NCBI GenBank assembly: GCA_963674595.2
Contig: CAXXFV010000016.1
Span: 512,001-576,000, forward strand
Direction of reading: 5' to 3'
Length of the DNA: 64,000 nt
From: a bacterium
GTDB taxonomy: Bacteria > Zhuqueibacterota > Zhuqueibacteria > Residuimicrobiales > Krinioviventaceae
The notes beneath the pieces are model-generated. The model did not search any database. It had not been told where the DNA came from and was given only the letters and a program-made list of their open reading frames with translations. Below, piece by piece: positions 54,715-64,000 of the stretch; positions within the stretch are counted from its first letter, which is position 1; every line of letters begins with the position of its first letter. Made by a program: the position numbers and the translations under genes.

Positions 54715-55132
54715 AACTAACTTATTTCAAATATGCCTTTTCTCAAGTTTACCTTGAACCTTTACAGTAAAAGTTATTTAATGGTGTTATTAATATCGGT
54801 TTGATTTCTTCTGATATAAAATCTGATTTAATAAATGGGAATGTTTTAAAAATACTATTATTCTCATAAAAAATAAAACTGCCTATGTCATAATTTATTT
54901 CGTTTCGTTTTACTGAAGATATCAATCCTCCAAGTTGAGAACGTTTTTCCAATAAATCGATTTTAAGGTTCGTGTTTTGTGCTAATTCATTAGCTATGAA
55001 TATTCCTGAAACGCCTCCGCCTAACACTGCTAATTTGACCAATTTATCCTCCCATAAGCTTTTGTGTACTCGAGTATATTCAAGTGGTATGAAATATTAG
55101 TTTAAAGATTTCACCGATTTGTAATGTTATTA

Positions 55133-55627
55133 TCAGGGTTCAACAATTTTGTATCCATTCAATTCCGCAAATATTTTAAAATGTTTTCGGATTTCCATGT
55201 TTTTGTAATAAGGGACATAGACTGTTATGCCATTATCCCTATTCAATTTTTGATAAATATCGAATGTGGCGTATTCAAATTTTACTTGTTCAATATCCTG
55301 CCATGAAATTCTTTTTGCTTTTTGAAAATAGTTGTCTTTAATTTCCAGTTTGTCCGCTAAAAAGTGGATGTATTGTCCGCCAAAAATTTTGTTTAAAACC
55401 GGGATAATGATATAAAACCAGCAAAGCACAACACCTGAAAAAAGTTGAACGTAATTTATGATCCTGTTCATAGTTTCCGTGTTCGAATCTCTTTTAATGA
55501 AAAAAGTAGTTATTAAAAAAGCGGCGAGAAGAACCATGATGATAAGGTGGAATTTATTTGTTTTGTTGGAAAAATCAGGGCTTTGCATAAACATGGAACC
55601 AATGTGAATTTTTTTGTTTTCCGGCAT
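55133..55627 (-). CDS. Hypothetical membrane protein
   Basis: 2 TM followed by an ISWQDIEQV PH-like motif; GGAG RBS. Confidence 0.6.
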   Translation of the reverse strand: MPENKKIHIGSMFMQSPDFSNKTNKFHLIIMVLLAAFLITTFFIKRDSNTETMNRIINYVQLFSGVVLCWFYIIIPVLNKIFGGQYIHFLADKLEIKDNYFQKAKRISWQDIEQVKFEYATFDIYQKLNRDNGITVYVPYYKNMEIRKHFKIFAELNGYKIVEP

Positions 55628-55704
55628 TTTAATGTTCTCCGTATTAAAAATAATCACGTCCGTATCGTAGATTTTTTATTACAAAAACAACAAAGAATCC
55701 AGTA

Positions 55705-56340
55705 TTATTTTTTTATTAAAGTGTCCAATTCGAGTGTTTTGTCCGAAATTTTTATTTTAAAAAATTGATTTGATTCTTTAAATTCTATTATGTTTAGATT
55801 GTCAACATCGTATATATGGTCGGCAAAATTTTTTTCAAATATTTTTTTCTCTAATATAGGTATGGTTTTATATCGTTTACTGATAGTGAGATGTTTACCA
55901 CCTAAACCGACCCACCCATAATTAGATTTATTTAAAAAGTATTGATTTACTATCCTTTCAGTTTGTCTTTTGTTTGTATAATCTCCAATCACCCATATCA
56001 CCGCCATAAAAGCAATGGTGGATATCAAAAGAATCGACACTATAGGAATAATTCCAAAAAAATTAAGTATCCTTCTGGTTTTGATGTTTTTAAGGTATTT
56101 GATATTCCACACTATATAGCAATATGTGATATATGTTAATATAATTATTGAAATATTCAATGATTGCCATACAAACATTATTTTTAAAAAAATATATATA
56201 GTGATCAGTACAAGTAAGAGGCAAAAGAGTGTTGAAACGTAGATAAAACGTTTATGATTGAATTTTTTTTGTCGAAACGTTATTAAATACGATAGAACAG
56301 GAATTGCAAATATGGATATGTAAATGATTAAGACATGCAT
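55705..56340 (-). CDS. Hypothetical membrane protein (4 TM)
   Basis: Hydrophobic helices; very AT-rich. Confidence 0.6.
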   Translation of the reverse strand: MHVLIIYISIFAIPVLSYLITFRQKKFNHKRFIYVSTLFCLLLVLITIYIFLKIMFVWQSLNISIIILTYITYCYIVWNIKYLKNIKTRRILNFFGIIPIVSILLISTIAFMAVIWVIGDYTNKRQTERIVNQYFLNKSNYGWVGLGGKHLTISKRYKTIPILEKKIFEKNFADHIYDVDNLNIIEFKESNQFFKIKISDKTLELDTLIKK

Positions 56341-56562
56341 AATTGGTACTCTTTTCCCAATTTTATAACTGAATGTTTTGGAATTTATATGTTTTAAAAG
56401 AATTCCTCAGTCGTTGGCCATTTTGAACTTTTTTGTGCTTTAGAATCTTTTTGGTACACACTTGATAGTCAAAGTACTCCAATAATTAACAAAAAAATAT
56501 ATTCATTCTGTTTAATTAGTTTTGTAATTATTTTCAATTCAGTGTTCCAAATATTAAATTTA

Positions 56563-57117
56563 TCAAGATAGCCTTTTAAAATATCTATCATCCTGCCATT
56601 TTAATGGATTTTCTATAATATATTGTTGAATGCGGTTGAGATCTTTTTCATCGCGGATGATATGTTCATAATAATTTCGCTGCCACAATTTTTCATTGAA
56701 ACGACGCCAATTGTATTGTTTTACGCCGCCAATATACCGTTTTGTTGTTAATGATTTAAATCGTTGTACAACCTCGGGTAATGAAAACGTATGGGCAATC
56801 CCCTGTGATTGCCCGTTATTGGGACAGACACAGGGGTCTGTCCCTACGTTCGTGATGTTGATAATACCGTGCAAATGATTCGGCATAATTTGGTATAAAC
56901 CAATATCAATCCCATGGTAAAATTGTGGTATTTCATTCCATATATTTTTGATCATAATCCCCGGATCATTTAACACCATTTTTCCATCTTTAATGTATCC
57001 AAACAGCATTTCGTGGTTCTGTGTACAGATGGTTACAAAATACCAACCCGGTTGGGAATAGTCATATCCCTTTAATCTGATCGATTTACGATGGTGTTTA
57101 TCGGGATTGTATTTCAT
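56563..57117 (-). CDS. REP-associated tyrosine transposase (RAYT/TnpA-REP, Y1 HUH family)
   Basis: RKSIRLKGYDYS..YFVTICT; MPNHLHGII (HUH); WQRNYYEHIIR; QYIIENP (catalytic Tyr). Confidence 0.92.
   Translation of the reverse strand: MKYNPDKHHRKSIRLKGYDYSQPGWYFVTICTQNHEMLFGYIKDGKMVLNDPGIMIKNIWNEIPQFYHGIDIGLYQIMPNHLHGIINITNVGTDPCVCPNNGQSQGIAHTFSLPEVVQRFKSLTTKRYIGGVKQYNWRRFNEKLWQRNYYEHIIRDEKDLNRIQQYIIENPLKWQDDRYFKRLS
56789..56847. repeat. REP doublet embedded in frame in the RAYT gene
   Basis: GTATGGGCAATCCCCTGTGATTGCCC-gttattg-GGACAGACACAGGGGTCTGTCCCTAC encodes VGTDPCVCPNNGQSQGIAHT. Confidence 0.88.
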
Positions 57118-57191
57118 GTTATTTGGTATTAAAATATTTAATGATAAATTTTTTATTTTTCGAATTTATATGTTTGAACGTCATCTATATT

Positions 57192-57337
57192 CCGTTTTGT
57201 TGTTAATGATTTAAATCGTTGTACAACCTCGGGTAATGAAACCGTAGGGGCAATCCCCTGTGATTGCCCGTTATTGGGACAGACACGGGGGTCTGTCCCT
57301 ACGTTCGTGATGTTGATAATACCGTGCAAATGATTCG
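57192..57337 (-). repeat. Partial RAYT copy B (146 bp, matches 56737-56882) with REP doublet
   Basis: Near-identical direct repeat. Confidence 0.88.
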
Positions 57338-57405
57338 ACCTGGCTTGGAGCCAGAAAAAAAGTTGCTTCTAAATTCTCGTGAGAAATTACTATTCTTTGT
57401 AATAA

Positions 57406-58116
57406 TTAATCTATGCTTAATATTACCTTTTCATTTGATAAAAATTTTAGCCCTATTTTTGTAATTACAAAAAGTAAAATAATAACTATTATCTGATATA
57501 TAATAAATGAAAATTCTATATTAAATTTATTGGGTTTTAAAAAATAAAATAAAGCACCGATAAAGATATAAAATCCTATTCTTATCTTTGTTTCATCTTT
57601 TGATAGCATCGTTACTATACCGATAAACCCGATTAGAAAAAGACAGATAATAGGATTAATTACCAAGAGTGATATTAATCCATGGGTGGAAGGGAAAAGC
57701 GTTTGAGCACTAATGATGGAATGGTTGATAATAATTAACATTGCAAAAGATAAAATAATCGACAAAATATAACCCACTGTTAAAATTGCCAATGTTTTTC
57801 CCAACCAAATTGTTTTTATATTTAATGGAGTTGAAAGTAATGAATGTATTGTATTTGATACTTTTTCTTGAAGAAAGAGCTGGTAATTAGCAGAATAGGC
57901 TAGGAACAAGATAAAAAGAATGGAATAAAAGAGGAAATAAAAATCAATTGCTAATGTTAATAAATTTTTATCAAAACTTATTTTTAAGAACATCTTGAAT
58001 GGCAAGTAAATCATCATCATACCAGCCAACAGAATCATTACATAAATTCTTTTCTCTTTTAATAAATCTGTGAGCTGTTTTATATAAATCACTTTTAACA
58101 TAAAGTATCCTTTCAT
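57406..58116 (-). CDS. ABC-2 type transporter permease
   Basis: EKVSNTIHSLLSTPL...IWLGK; 6 TM. Confidence 0.82.
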   Translation of the reverse strand: MKGYFMLKVIYIKQLTDLLKEKRIYVMILLAGMMMIYLPFKMFLKISFDKNLLTLAIDFYFLFYSILFILFLAYSANYQLFLQEKVSNTIHSLLSTPLNIKTIWLGKTLAILTVGYILSIILSFAMLIIINHSIISAQTLFPSTHGLISLLVINPIICLFLIGFIGIVTMLSKDETKIRIGFYIFIGALFYFLKPNKFNIEFSFIIYQIIVIILLFVITKIGLKFLSNEKVILSID

Positions 58117-58874
58117 TCATTGACATACTTGAAATAGACTTTTTCCAAGTTATAAGCTTTATTTTCTGCGCGGCTTTTTAGAGAATGCACAGTTTCTTCA
58201 AGTTTAATCTCTCCGTCCTTAATAATAGCGATTTTATCACAAAGACGATCGACTTCATACAGATTATGGGAACTAAAAAAAACGGATATTCCTTTTTCCT
58301 TTAACAGATATAAAAGATGCTCTCTTACTACACTTTGCATGTCAGGATCAAGTCCGTTAAAAGGCTCATCAAGAATTAATAATTTAGGCTCATGAAGTAT
58401 TGCGCGAATAAAAGAAGATTTTTTTTTCATTCCCTGACTAAAAGTTGATACTTTATTGTTTTTATTTGTGGATAGATCAAATTTCACCAACAGTTCATCA
58501 ATTAGCTTCATTCCTTTTTTTTGGAAATTCAGTTTGTAAATGTCAGAATAAAATTTGAGGTTTTCCAATAATGTCATGTTTCCATACAGACCGTCATTTT
58601 CGAGCATAAAACCGATGTTGTTTTTATAATTTTTTAATGAAGAATTTCCATTGAATTTTATTTGACCTGTGAATTCTTCATAAAGGCCCAAAATAATTCT
58701 AATCGTTGTTGTCTTGCCGGCACCATTCGGTCCCAGGTATCCAAATATTTGACCTTGCTCCATATTAAACGAAATGTTCTTTAATATCTGCTTTCCATTA
58801 ATCGATTTGGATACATTTTCAAGTGTAAGCATGATATTTTTTGTTCCTTTTGGTTGTTTTGAATTATTGCTCAT
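58113..58874 (-). CDS. ABC transporter ATP-binding protein
   Basis: GPNGAGKTT; FSQGMKK; LILDEP; SSH. Confidence 0.92.
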   Translation of the reverse strand: MSNNSKQPKGTKNIMLTLENVSKSINGKQILKNISFNMEQGQIFGYLGPNGAGKTTTIRIILGLYEEFTGQIKFNGNSSLKNYKNNIGFMLENDGLYGNMTLLENLKFYSDIYKLNFQKKGMKLIDELLVKFDLSTNKNNKVSTFSQGMKKKSSFIRAILHEPKLLILDEPFNGLDPDMQSVVREHLLYLLKEKGISVFFSSHNLYEVDRLCDKIAIIKDGEIKLEETVHSLKSRAENKAYNLEKVYFKYVNE

Positions 58875-58904
58875 ATTTAAGCGTCTACATTTAATTAGGA
58901 TATT

Positions 58905-59178
58905 TTTTAAAATATCTATCATCCTGCCATTTTAATGGATTTTCTATAATATATTGTTGAATGCGGTTGAGATCTTTTTCATCGCGGATGATACGTTCAT
59001 AATAATTTCGCTGCCACAATTTTTTATTGAATCGACGCCAATTGTATTGTTTTACGCCGCCAATATAATGTTTTGTTGTTAATGATTTAAATCGTTGTAC
59101 AACCTCGGGTAATGAAAACGTATGGGCAATCCCCTGTGATTGCCCGTTATTGGGACAGACACAGGGGTCTGTCCCTAC
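58905..59178 (-). pseudogene. Partial RAYT copy C (274 bp, matches 56574-56847): 3' half starting at the REP GTAG
   Basis: Near-identical direct repeat at offset 2331; lacks the N-terminus and HUH motif. Confidence 0.9.
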
Positions 59179-59214
59179 CAAATATTATCACCCATAACAA
59201 TATTTTTATTTAAC

Positions 59215-59357
59215 ATCATCTATATATCGTTTTGTTGTTATTGCTTTAAACCATTGTACAATCTCAGGTAATGAACCCGTATGGGCAAGCCCCTGTGATT
59301 GCCCTTACTCTGTGATTGCCCAAAGTCAGGACAGACACGGGGGTCTGTCCCTACGTT
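59215..59357 (-). repeat. Partial, more diverged RAYT copy D with REP doublet
   Basis: Encodes SLPEIVQWFKAITTKRYIDDV; both REP types present. Confidence 0.82.
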
Positions 59358-59889
59358 ATTCAAATGTAATCTTTTCCTCGTATATATTCGCTACCCAATT
59401 TTTAATATTTGGAAAATCCGTAAAAGCCGTGCCTGAGAATGTCCCGAAAAATTCCAGCCGTCCGAAGCAACAATGTTTTTACTTGTAATAAGATAGTACA
59501 AAATATACAATAACCGCGCAAGCTGTTTTTAAAAAAATTACGACTTTTTCTGCTGCTAAAATATTTGAAGCTTTGTTCATTTTTTATTGACTTTATTGTC
59601 CTTTTCTGTTATCTTGGTCCATTCAAGATTTATATTTTTAGGGACGGTTTCGTTGGGTTCCTTTATCCTGTGAAATTATATTTTTATTACTTTTGGGTAT
59701 GTTGTATCGCATAATATAACTTTTGTTATATCGTACAGATGTGATACGCATTGATGGTAATTGCTTTACTTGTGGATTGCGGTTTTAATGGTATTTATGG
59801 TACTGTTAAGGCATTTATTAATAATGGGTGTTCATTTTACGGATGGACCCGGTTTAAATTAATTTCCCATCAAATAAAGGGGTATGGTT

Positions 59890-60831
59890 ATGAAACGCTT
59901 GTTTGTGAAATTTCGGTATGTTGTGCTGTTGCTCGTTGCTGTAGTATGTTTTGGCTTTATGTTTGTTAACCGCCGGCCTGATTCAGAAATGGAATATGTC
60001 CGTTTAATGGTTGCCGCCAATAATGATTACAAGGTGCAGTTTACTTTTGATCAGTATGAGTCCCTGCTGCAAAAGCTGACGCAAGCTAGATTCAAGGTCC
60101 TGCCGCTTGAGCTTTTTCGACAGCACTATGATCCGGACAAAATTTTGGTTGGGTTGCGGCATGATGTTGATCTACAGCCTTTTACGGCCGTGAAAATGGC
60201 TAAACTGGAAAAAAAGTATGATCTTCCTGCCACCTACTATATCCTGCATTCTGCTTTTTATTACGGAACCATTGAAAACAGAGATGTTACCCGTCGGCCC
60301 TGCATGGACCGGATTTACAAACAGATATATAAACTGGGGCACGAGATAGGTGTGCACAACGATCTCATGACGCTGACAGTTTCAGGTATTGATCCTCTGG
60401 CTTTTCAAAAACAGGAATTGGAATACTATTGCGATCTGGGCATTCCAATTACCGGTTCCTGTGCACATGGGTATCCCTTGTTTAAACAGATTGGTTTACC
60501 GAATTTTAGCATGTTTTCCGACTTTTGCTCATCGGGGAGTTTTAATTTTGCCAACCAATCCTATAACTATGGCGAGTACTCTCTTGAGGAGTTTGGCTTT
60601 GAATATGAAGCCTATCATATTGACCATAATATTTTTATCAGAGATTCCCGGGGGCGGTTTAGCGTGGGTTCTTTTCAGGATGTGCTGAAAACTGTGGACG
60701 CCTGTCGTCCGGGCGACCGGATGATAATTTTGACACACCCGGTTTGGTATGGTGAGCAGGTCGGACATGAAATTCATTATGAACATGCGGACAAGGACAA
60801 AGAGGAGCTCAATATTTTTCAGACAGATTAG
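59890..60831 (+). CDS. Polysaccharide deacetylase-like (NodB/WbmS-like) membrane-anchored protein
   Basis: LRHDVD; ATYYI; GHEIGVH; CAHG; ILTHPVW. Confidence 0.78.
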   Translation: MKRLFVKFRYVVLLLVAVVCFGFMFVNRRPDSEMEYVRLMVAANNDYKVQFTFDQYESLLQKLTQARFKVLPLELFRQHYDPDKILVGLRHDVDLQPFTAVKMAKLEKKYDLPATYYILHSAFYYGTIENRDVTRRPCMDRIYKQIYKLGHEIGVHNDLMTLTVSGIDPLAFQKQELEYYCDLGIPITGSCAHGYPLFKQIGLPNFSMFSDFCSSGSFNFANQSYNYGEYSLEEFGFEYEAYHIDHNIFIRDSRGRFSVGSFQDVLKTVDACRPGDRMIILTHPVWYGEQVGHEIHYEHADKDKEELNIFQTD

Positions 60832-60864
60832 GTTTGTGTTTTATCTTAAACGTATAAAAGACGC

Positions 60865-61482
60865 TTAAATCCCGTGGATCGTGATTTTAATACCGTCGAT
60901 TATAAGTATAACGGCAAAAATCATCAATACAATACCCAGTAGCTTTTGAATATTAAAAAAAGTTTTGGGTGAAAAGAATTTTTTTGACCGGCCGACAACT
61001 ATGGCCATGAATATTTTTGAGCCGATAAGGCAGCAATAAAATCCTGCCAGAAATGCTATGAATGCGATATTGCTGACATGTAAGGCTTTTACCAGGATCG
61101 GTGAACCAATCATGATCCAGAAAATATAGGGGTGAGGACTGGCGAAATTGACAATGACCGCTTTGAAAATGGATTTTGGGGGCTGTTTTTGAATAGACAG
61201 CTCCTGATCTGTTTTAAATCCTGAAATTCCCAGATAAAAAAGATATACCGCCCCAAATACTGACAATGCCCCCAGCAGCCACGATAAATAGGACAGTTTT
61301 TGTAAAAGCAAATAACTGCCGAGAACAATCGGTGCATCCGTGATAAAAGGCGCCAGAGAGGCTTTGATACCGGCTTTGGTATTGTGGCTGAATGTTTCGG
61401 AAATGACAAGGGCTGACAGTGGTCCCGGACTGAAACCGGCCGTCAGCCCTAATGTTATTCCCATTGTTAAAAAAGTCAACAT
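60865..61482 (-). CDS. LysE family translocator
   Basis: GFSPGPL; APFITD; NFASPHPYIFW. Confidence 0.88.
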   Translation of the reverse strand: MLTFLTMGITLGLTAGFSPGPLSALVISETFSHNTKAGIKASLAPFITDAPIVLGSYLLLQKLSYLSWLLGALSVFGAVYLFYLGISGFKTDQELSIQKQPPKSIFKAVIVNFASPHPYIFWIMIGSPILVKALHVSNIAFIAFLAGFYCCLIGSKIFMAIVVGRSKKFFSPKTFFNIQKLLGIVLMIFAVILIIDGIKITIHGI

Positions 61483-61505
61483 AGATTTATAACTATATAT
61501 TAATA

Positions 61506-62759
61506 TCAGTTCCGTAAATGTCCTTCGCCCATTACAATCCATTTATAGGAAGTCAGGTCTTCAAGACCCATAGGGCCGCGGGCATGCAGTCTGTCTGTTG
61601 AAATGCCGATTTCAGCGCCCAGGCCATAGACGCCGCCGTCTGCCAAACGTGTTGAAGCATTGACAATTACGGATGAACTGTCTGTTTTTTTAATAAAGCT
61701 GTTTGCTGTGGAAATGTTGGTTGTTACAATGGCGTCGGTATGACCGGAGCCGTATTTGTTGATATGTGCAATCGCTTCGCTTTCATTGTCGACAATTTTA
61801 ACCGCCAACACAAGGTCAAGATACTCATCATACCAGTCTTGCTCCGTCGCCTTGACAACATTTTTATTATATATAGCAATCGTTTTTTCACAACCCCGAA
61901 TTTCAACACCGGCGTCCTGCAGATTTTTTAAAGCTTTTGGCAAAAATTCAGCAGCAACGTCTTTATGGACCAACAGTGTTTCCATGGCGTTGCATACACC
62001 GGGGCGTTGAACTTTGGCGTTTTGGGCAATGTCCAGGGCCATTTGCATATCCGCATCCTGATGAATGTAAACATGGCATATACCTTTATAATGTTTCAAT
62101 ACCGGAATACGTGATTTTTCCACAACGCTTTTGATGAGACCTTCCCCGCCGCGGGGAATAATCAGGTGGACCAGATCGTCGAGGACCAGCAGTTCGTCAA
62201 CAGCTTTGCGGTCTGTAGATTCAATATAGGAGATCAGGTTCGGATCTGCATTGTTTTCTTTTAGCGCGTCTTTTAACACATTCACCAGCGCCATATTGGA
62301 ATAAAAGGAACTGCTGCCGCCGCGCAGAATAACGCCGTTGCCGGATTTTAAACACAGTGTGGCCGCTTCGATGGTGACATTTGGACGGGCCTCGTAAATA
62401 ATACCAATGACGCCGATAGGTACCCGCATGCGCCCCACTTTAAATCCTTCCGGTCTCACATTCATCTCGGATATGCGTCCGATTGGATCGGTCAATGCAG
62501 CAATTTCATGACAGGCCTGAATCATACCTTTAATACGTTTGTCCGTTAAGGTGAGGCGGTCTATCATGGCATTGGAAAGCCCGTTTTTTTTACCTTTTTC
62601 CAGGTCTTTGGTATTTTCCTGGATTAAATAGTCTTTTTGCTTTTCAATATTCTCGGCAATAGAAAGTAATATTTGGTTCTTCAACTTTGTCGTGCCTGCA
62701 TCCAAAAATGTTTCATAGGCTTTATATACATTTTGGGCTATAGTCTTTACATCATTCAT
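61506..62759 (-). CDS. proA: Glutamate-5-semialdehyde dehydrogenase
   Basis: GIIYEARPNVT; IIPRGG; PGVCNAMET; EIGISTDRLHARGPMG. Confidence 0.97.
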   Translation of the reverse strand: MNDVKTIAQNVYKAYETFLDAGTTKLKNQILLSIAENIEKQKDYLIQENTKDLEKGKKNGLSNAMIDRLTLTDKRIKGMIQACHEIAALTDPIGRISEMNVRPEGFKVGRMRVPIGVIGIIYEARPNVTIEAATLCLKSGNGVILRGGSSSFYSNMALVNVLKDALKENNADPNLISYIESTDRKAVDELLVLDDLVHLIIPRGGEGLIKSVVEKSRIPVLKHYKGICHVYIHQDADMQMALDIAQNAKVQRPGVCNAMETLLVHKDVAAEFLPKALKNLQDAGVEIRGCEKTIAIYNKNVVKATEQDWYDEYLDLVLAVKIVDNESEAIAHINKYGSGHTDAIVTTNISTANSFIKKTDSSSVIVNASTRLADGGVYGLGAEIGISTDRLHARGPMGLEDLTSYKWIVMGEGHLRN

Positions 62760-62768
62760 TATATGCTC

Positions 62769-63920
62769 CTATAGGATAATCAGATTGTCCCGATTAATAA
62801 TTTCCGTATAAAATTTTTTCCCCAATATTTCCTGCATCATGTCGGTTTTTTTGCCTTTGACCTTTTCAATATCCGTATTGGAAAAATAGGTAATTCCCTT
62901 TCCAATCATCTTTTTTTCCGTATTAAAAATTCCGACAATACTGCCTTCACTAAAATTTTTTTCTGTTCCCAGAATACCGCCGGGGAGTAAACTTTTGTTA
63001 TGGTTGACAAGTGCGTCTTCTGCACCCGGATCGATAAAAATTTTGCCTTTGATTTTATTATTAAAAAATATCCAGCGTTTTCTTTTTTTTCGGTAACGGT
63101 TCTCCGGTCGGAAAAACGTTCCAATATCATCACCATTAAGCAGGCTTTGCAAATCCGGATGAAAACCATCCGTGATAATAACAGCTGAACCGGCCTGGGT
63201 TGAGTTTTGTGCAGCCTTTAACTTTGAGGTCATGCCGCCCAATGAAAAATTGTTTTGCCTGTCATCAATGAGTTTGAATAGTGAATCATCAATTTTTTCA
63301 ATAAAAGAAATTCGCTGTGCATCCGGATTGTGGTGTGGATTTTTATCAAACAAACCGTCCGTATCGGTGAATAAAACCAACAAATCCGCGTCAATCAGAT
63401 TGGCGGTTAATGCCGACAGGTTGTCATTGTCTCCGAACTTTAATTCGTCAACAGCAACAGAATCATTTTCGTTGACAACCGGAATGGTATTATAATCAAA
63501 AAGAGACCTGATACAATCACGGGCATAGAGAAATCGTTGCCGGTTTTCAATAATATCATAGGTCAGCAGAATTTGCCCGATGGGGATATCATTCTTTTCA
63601 AAGACTTTATTCCATTTTTCCATGAGAATGCTTTGCCCGATGGAGGCGCAGGCCTGGATTTTTTTCAGATCAGTGGGACGGGTTTTTAATCCCAATTGCT
63701 GCATACCGAATCCCACGGCGCCGGATGTGACAATACAAAACTGAAATCCTTTTTGACGATAGTGGGCTATATCTTTAACAAGTTTATTGATACGTTTTTT
63801 TTCAAGATCGTTGTGATGTGATAACAGGACTTTTGTGCCGAGCTTTAAAACGATTTTTTTTGCGTCTTTCAGATAATGGCGGCGGTCTGTTATTATTTCC
63901 TGTTTTTTCGCTGGTGTCAT
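62769..63920 (-). CDS. proB: Glutamate 5-kinase
   Basis: IVLKLGT; VTSGAV; NENDSV..FGDNDNLSA; GGMTSKL; PUA domain. Confidence 0.97.
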   Translation of the reverse strand: MTPAKKQEIITDRRHYLKDAKKIVLKLGTKVLLSHHNDLEKKRINKLVKDIAHYRQKGFQFCIVTSGAVGFGMQQLGLKTRPTDLKKIQACASIGQSILMEKWNKVFEKNDIPIGQILLTYDIIENRQRFLYARDCIRSLFDYNTIPVVNENDSVAVDELKFGDNDNLSALTANLIDADLLVLFTDTDGLFDKNPHHNPDAQRISFIEKIDDSLFKLIDDRQNNFSLGGMTSKLKAAQNSTQAGSAVIITDGFHPDLQSLLNGDDIGTFFRPENRYRKKRKRWIFFNNKIKGKIFIDPGAEDALVNHNKSLLPGGILGTEKNFSEGSIVGIFNTEKKMIGKGITYFSNTDIEKVKGKKTDMMQEILGKKFYTEIINRDNLIIL

Positions 63921-64000
63921 TGTATATAGTTTCCAAATTATTAAACACAAAGTGATAATATATTTATATGAATTGTTAATTCCAATAAAAAATAATAACC

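Larger units (their letters stand above)
53370..54766 (+). mobile_element. IS3-family insertion sequence, 1397 bp
   Basis: TG...CA ends; terminal inverted repeats TGTAA-n12-AACTTGAGAAAAGG; GTAA target duplication at 53366-53369 and 54767-54770. Confidence 0.93.
52310..55042 (-). pseudogene. FAD/NAD(P)-dependent oxidoreductase (HemY/Glf-like) disrupted by IS3; 443 aa when rejoined
   Basis: VLGGGVSG..LEK...GG N-terminus (54767-55042); GYP...LGRQGRFNY C-terminus; removing the IS and one GTAA restores the frame. Confidence 0.85.

Noticed and set aside
56563-57117. IS200/IS605 TnpA with TnpB
   Set aside because: No tnpB is present; the RxSIRLxGYDY and WQRNYYEH motifs and the REPs indicate a RAYT.
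55133-58874. Integron cassette array
   Set aside because: No integron integrase and no attC-like RYYYAAC...GTTRRRY structures were recognised between these AT-rich genes.
56574-59178. DGR template/variable repeat pair
   Set aside because: Mismatches are few and not adenine-specific, there is no reverse transcriptase, and the repeat is a RAYT fragment.

Overview
AT-rich bacterial chromosomal window. Three secreted proteins carry NYPNPFN/AYPNPFN FlgD-Ig/T9SS-A-like C-terminal domains and one protein has a GWxTD-type domain, which suggests an FCB-group lineage such as KSB1 or Calditrichota (inference). About 55 mostly minus-strand genes: GH27 alpha-galactosidase, several histidine kinases, a TonB receptor-YfiR-kinase-phosphorelay operon, LacI-DegT, a C25 peptidase, a radical-SAM pair, cbiB, a ~2540-aa eight-GEVED surface protein, and proBA. 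Mobile DNA: an intact IS3-family element (53370-54766, GTAA target duplication) splits an otherwise intact flavoprotein gene. A REP-associated tyrosine transposase (RAYT) carries a REP doublet in frame inside its own gene, has three partial copies that bracket an ABC-transporter pair, and has a nested array of the same two REP types 21 kb away. An unannotated 50-aa Cys/His-rich, metallothionein-like ORF follows an ArsR gene. Five genes have single-base frameshifts (probably assembly indels) and one has an in-frame amber stop. No rRNA, tRNA or CRISPR array was found.
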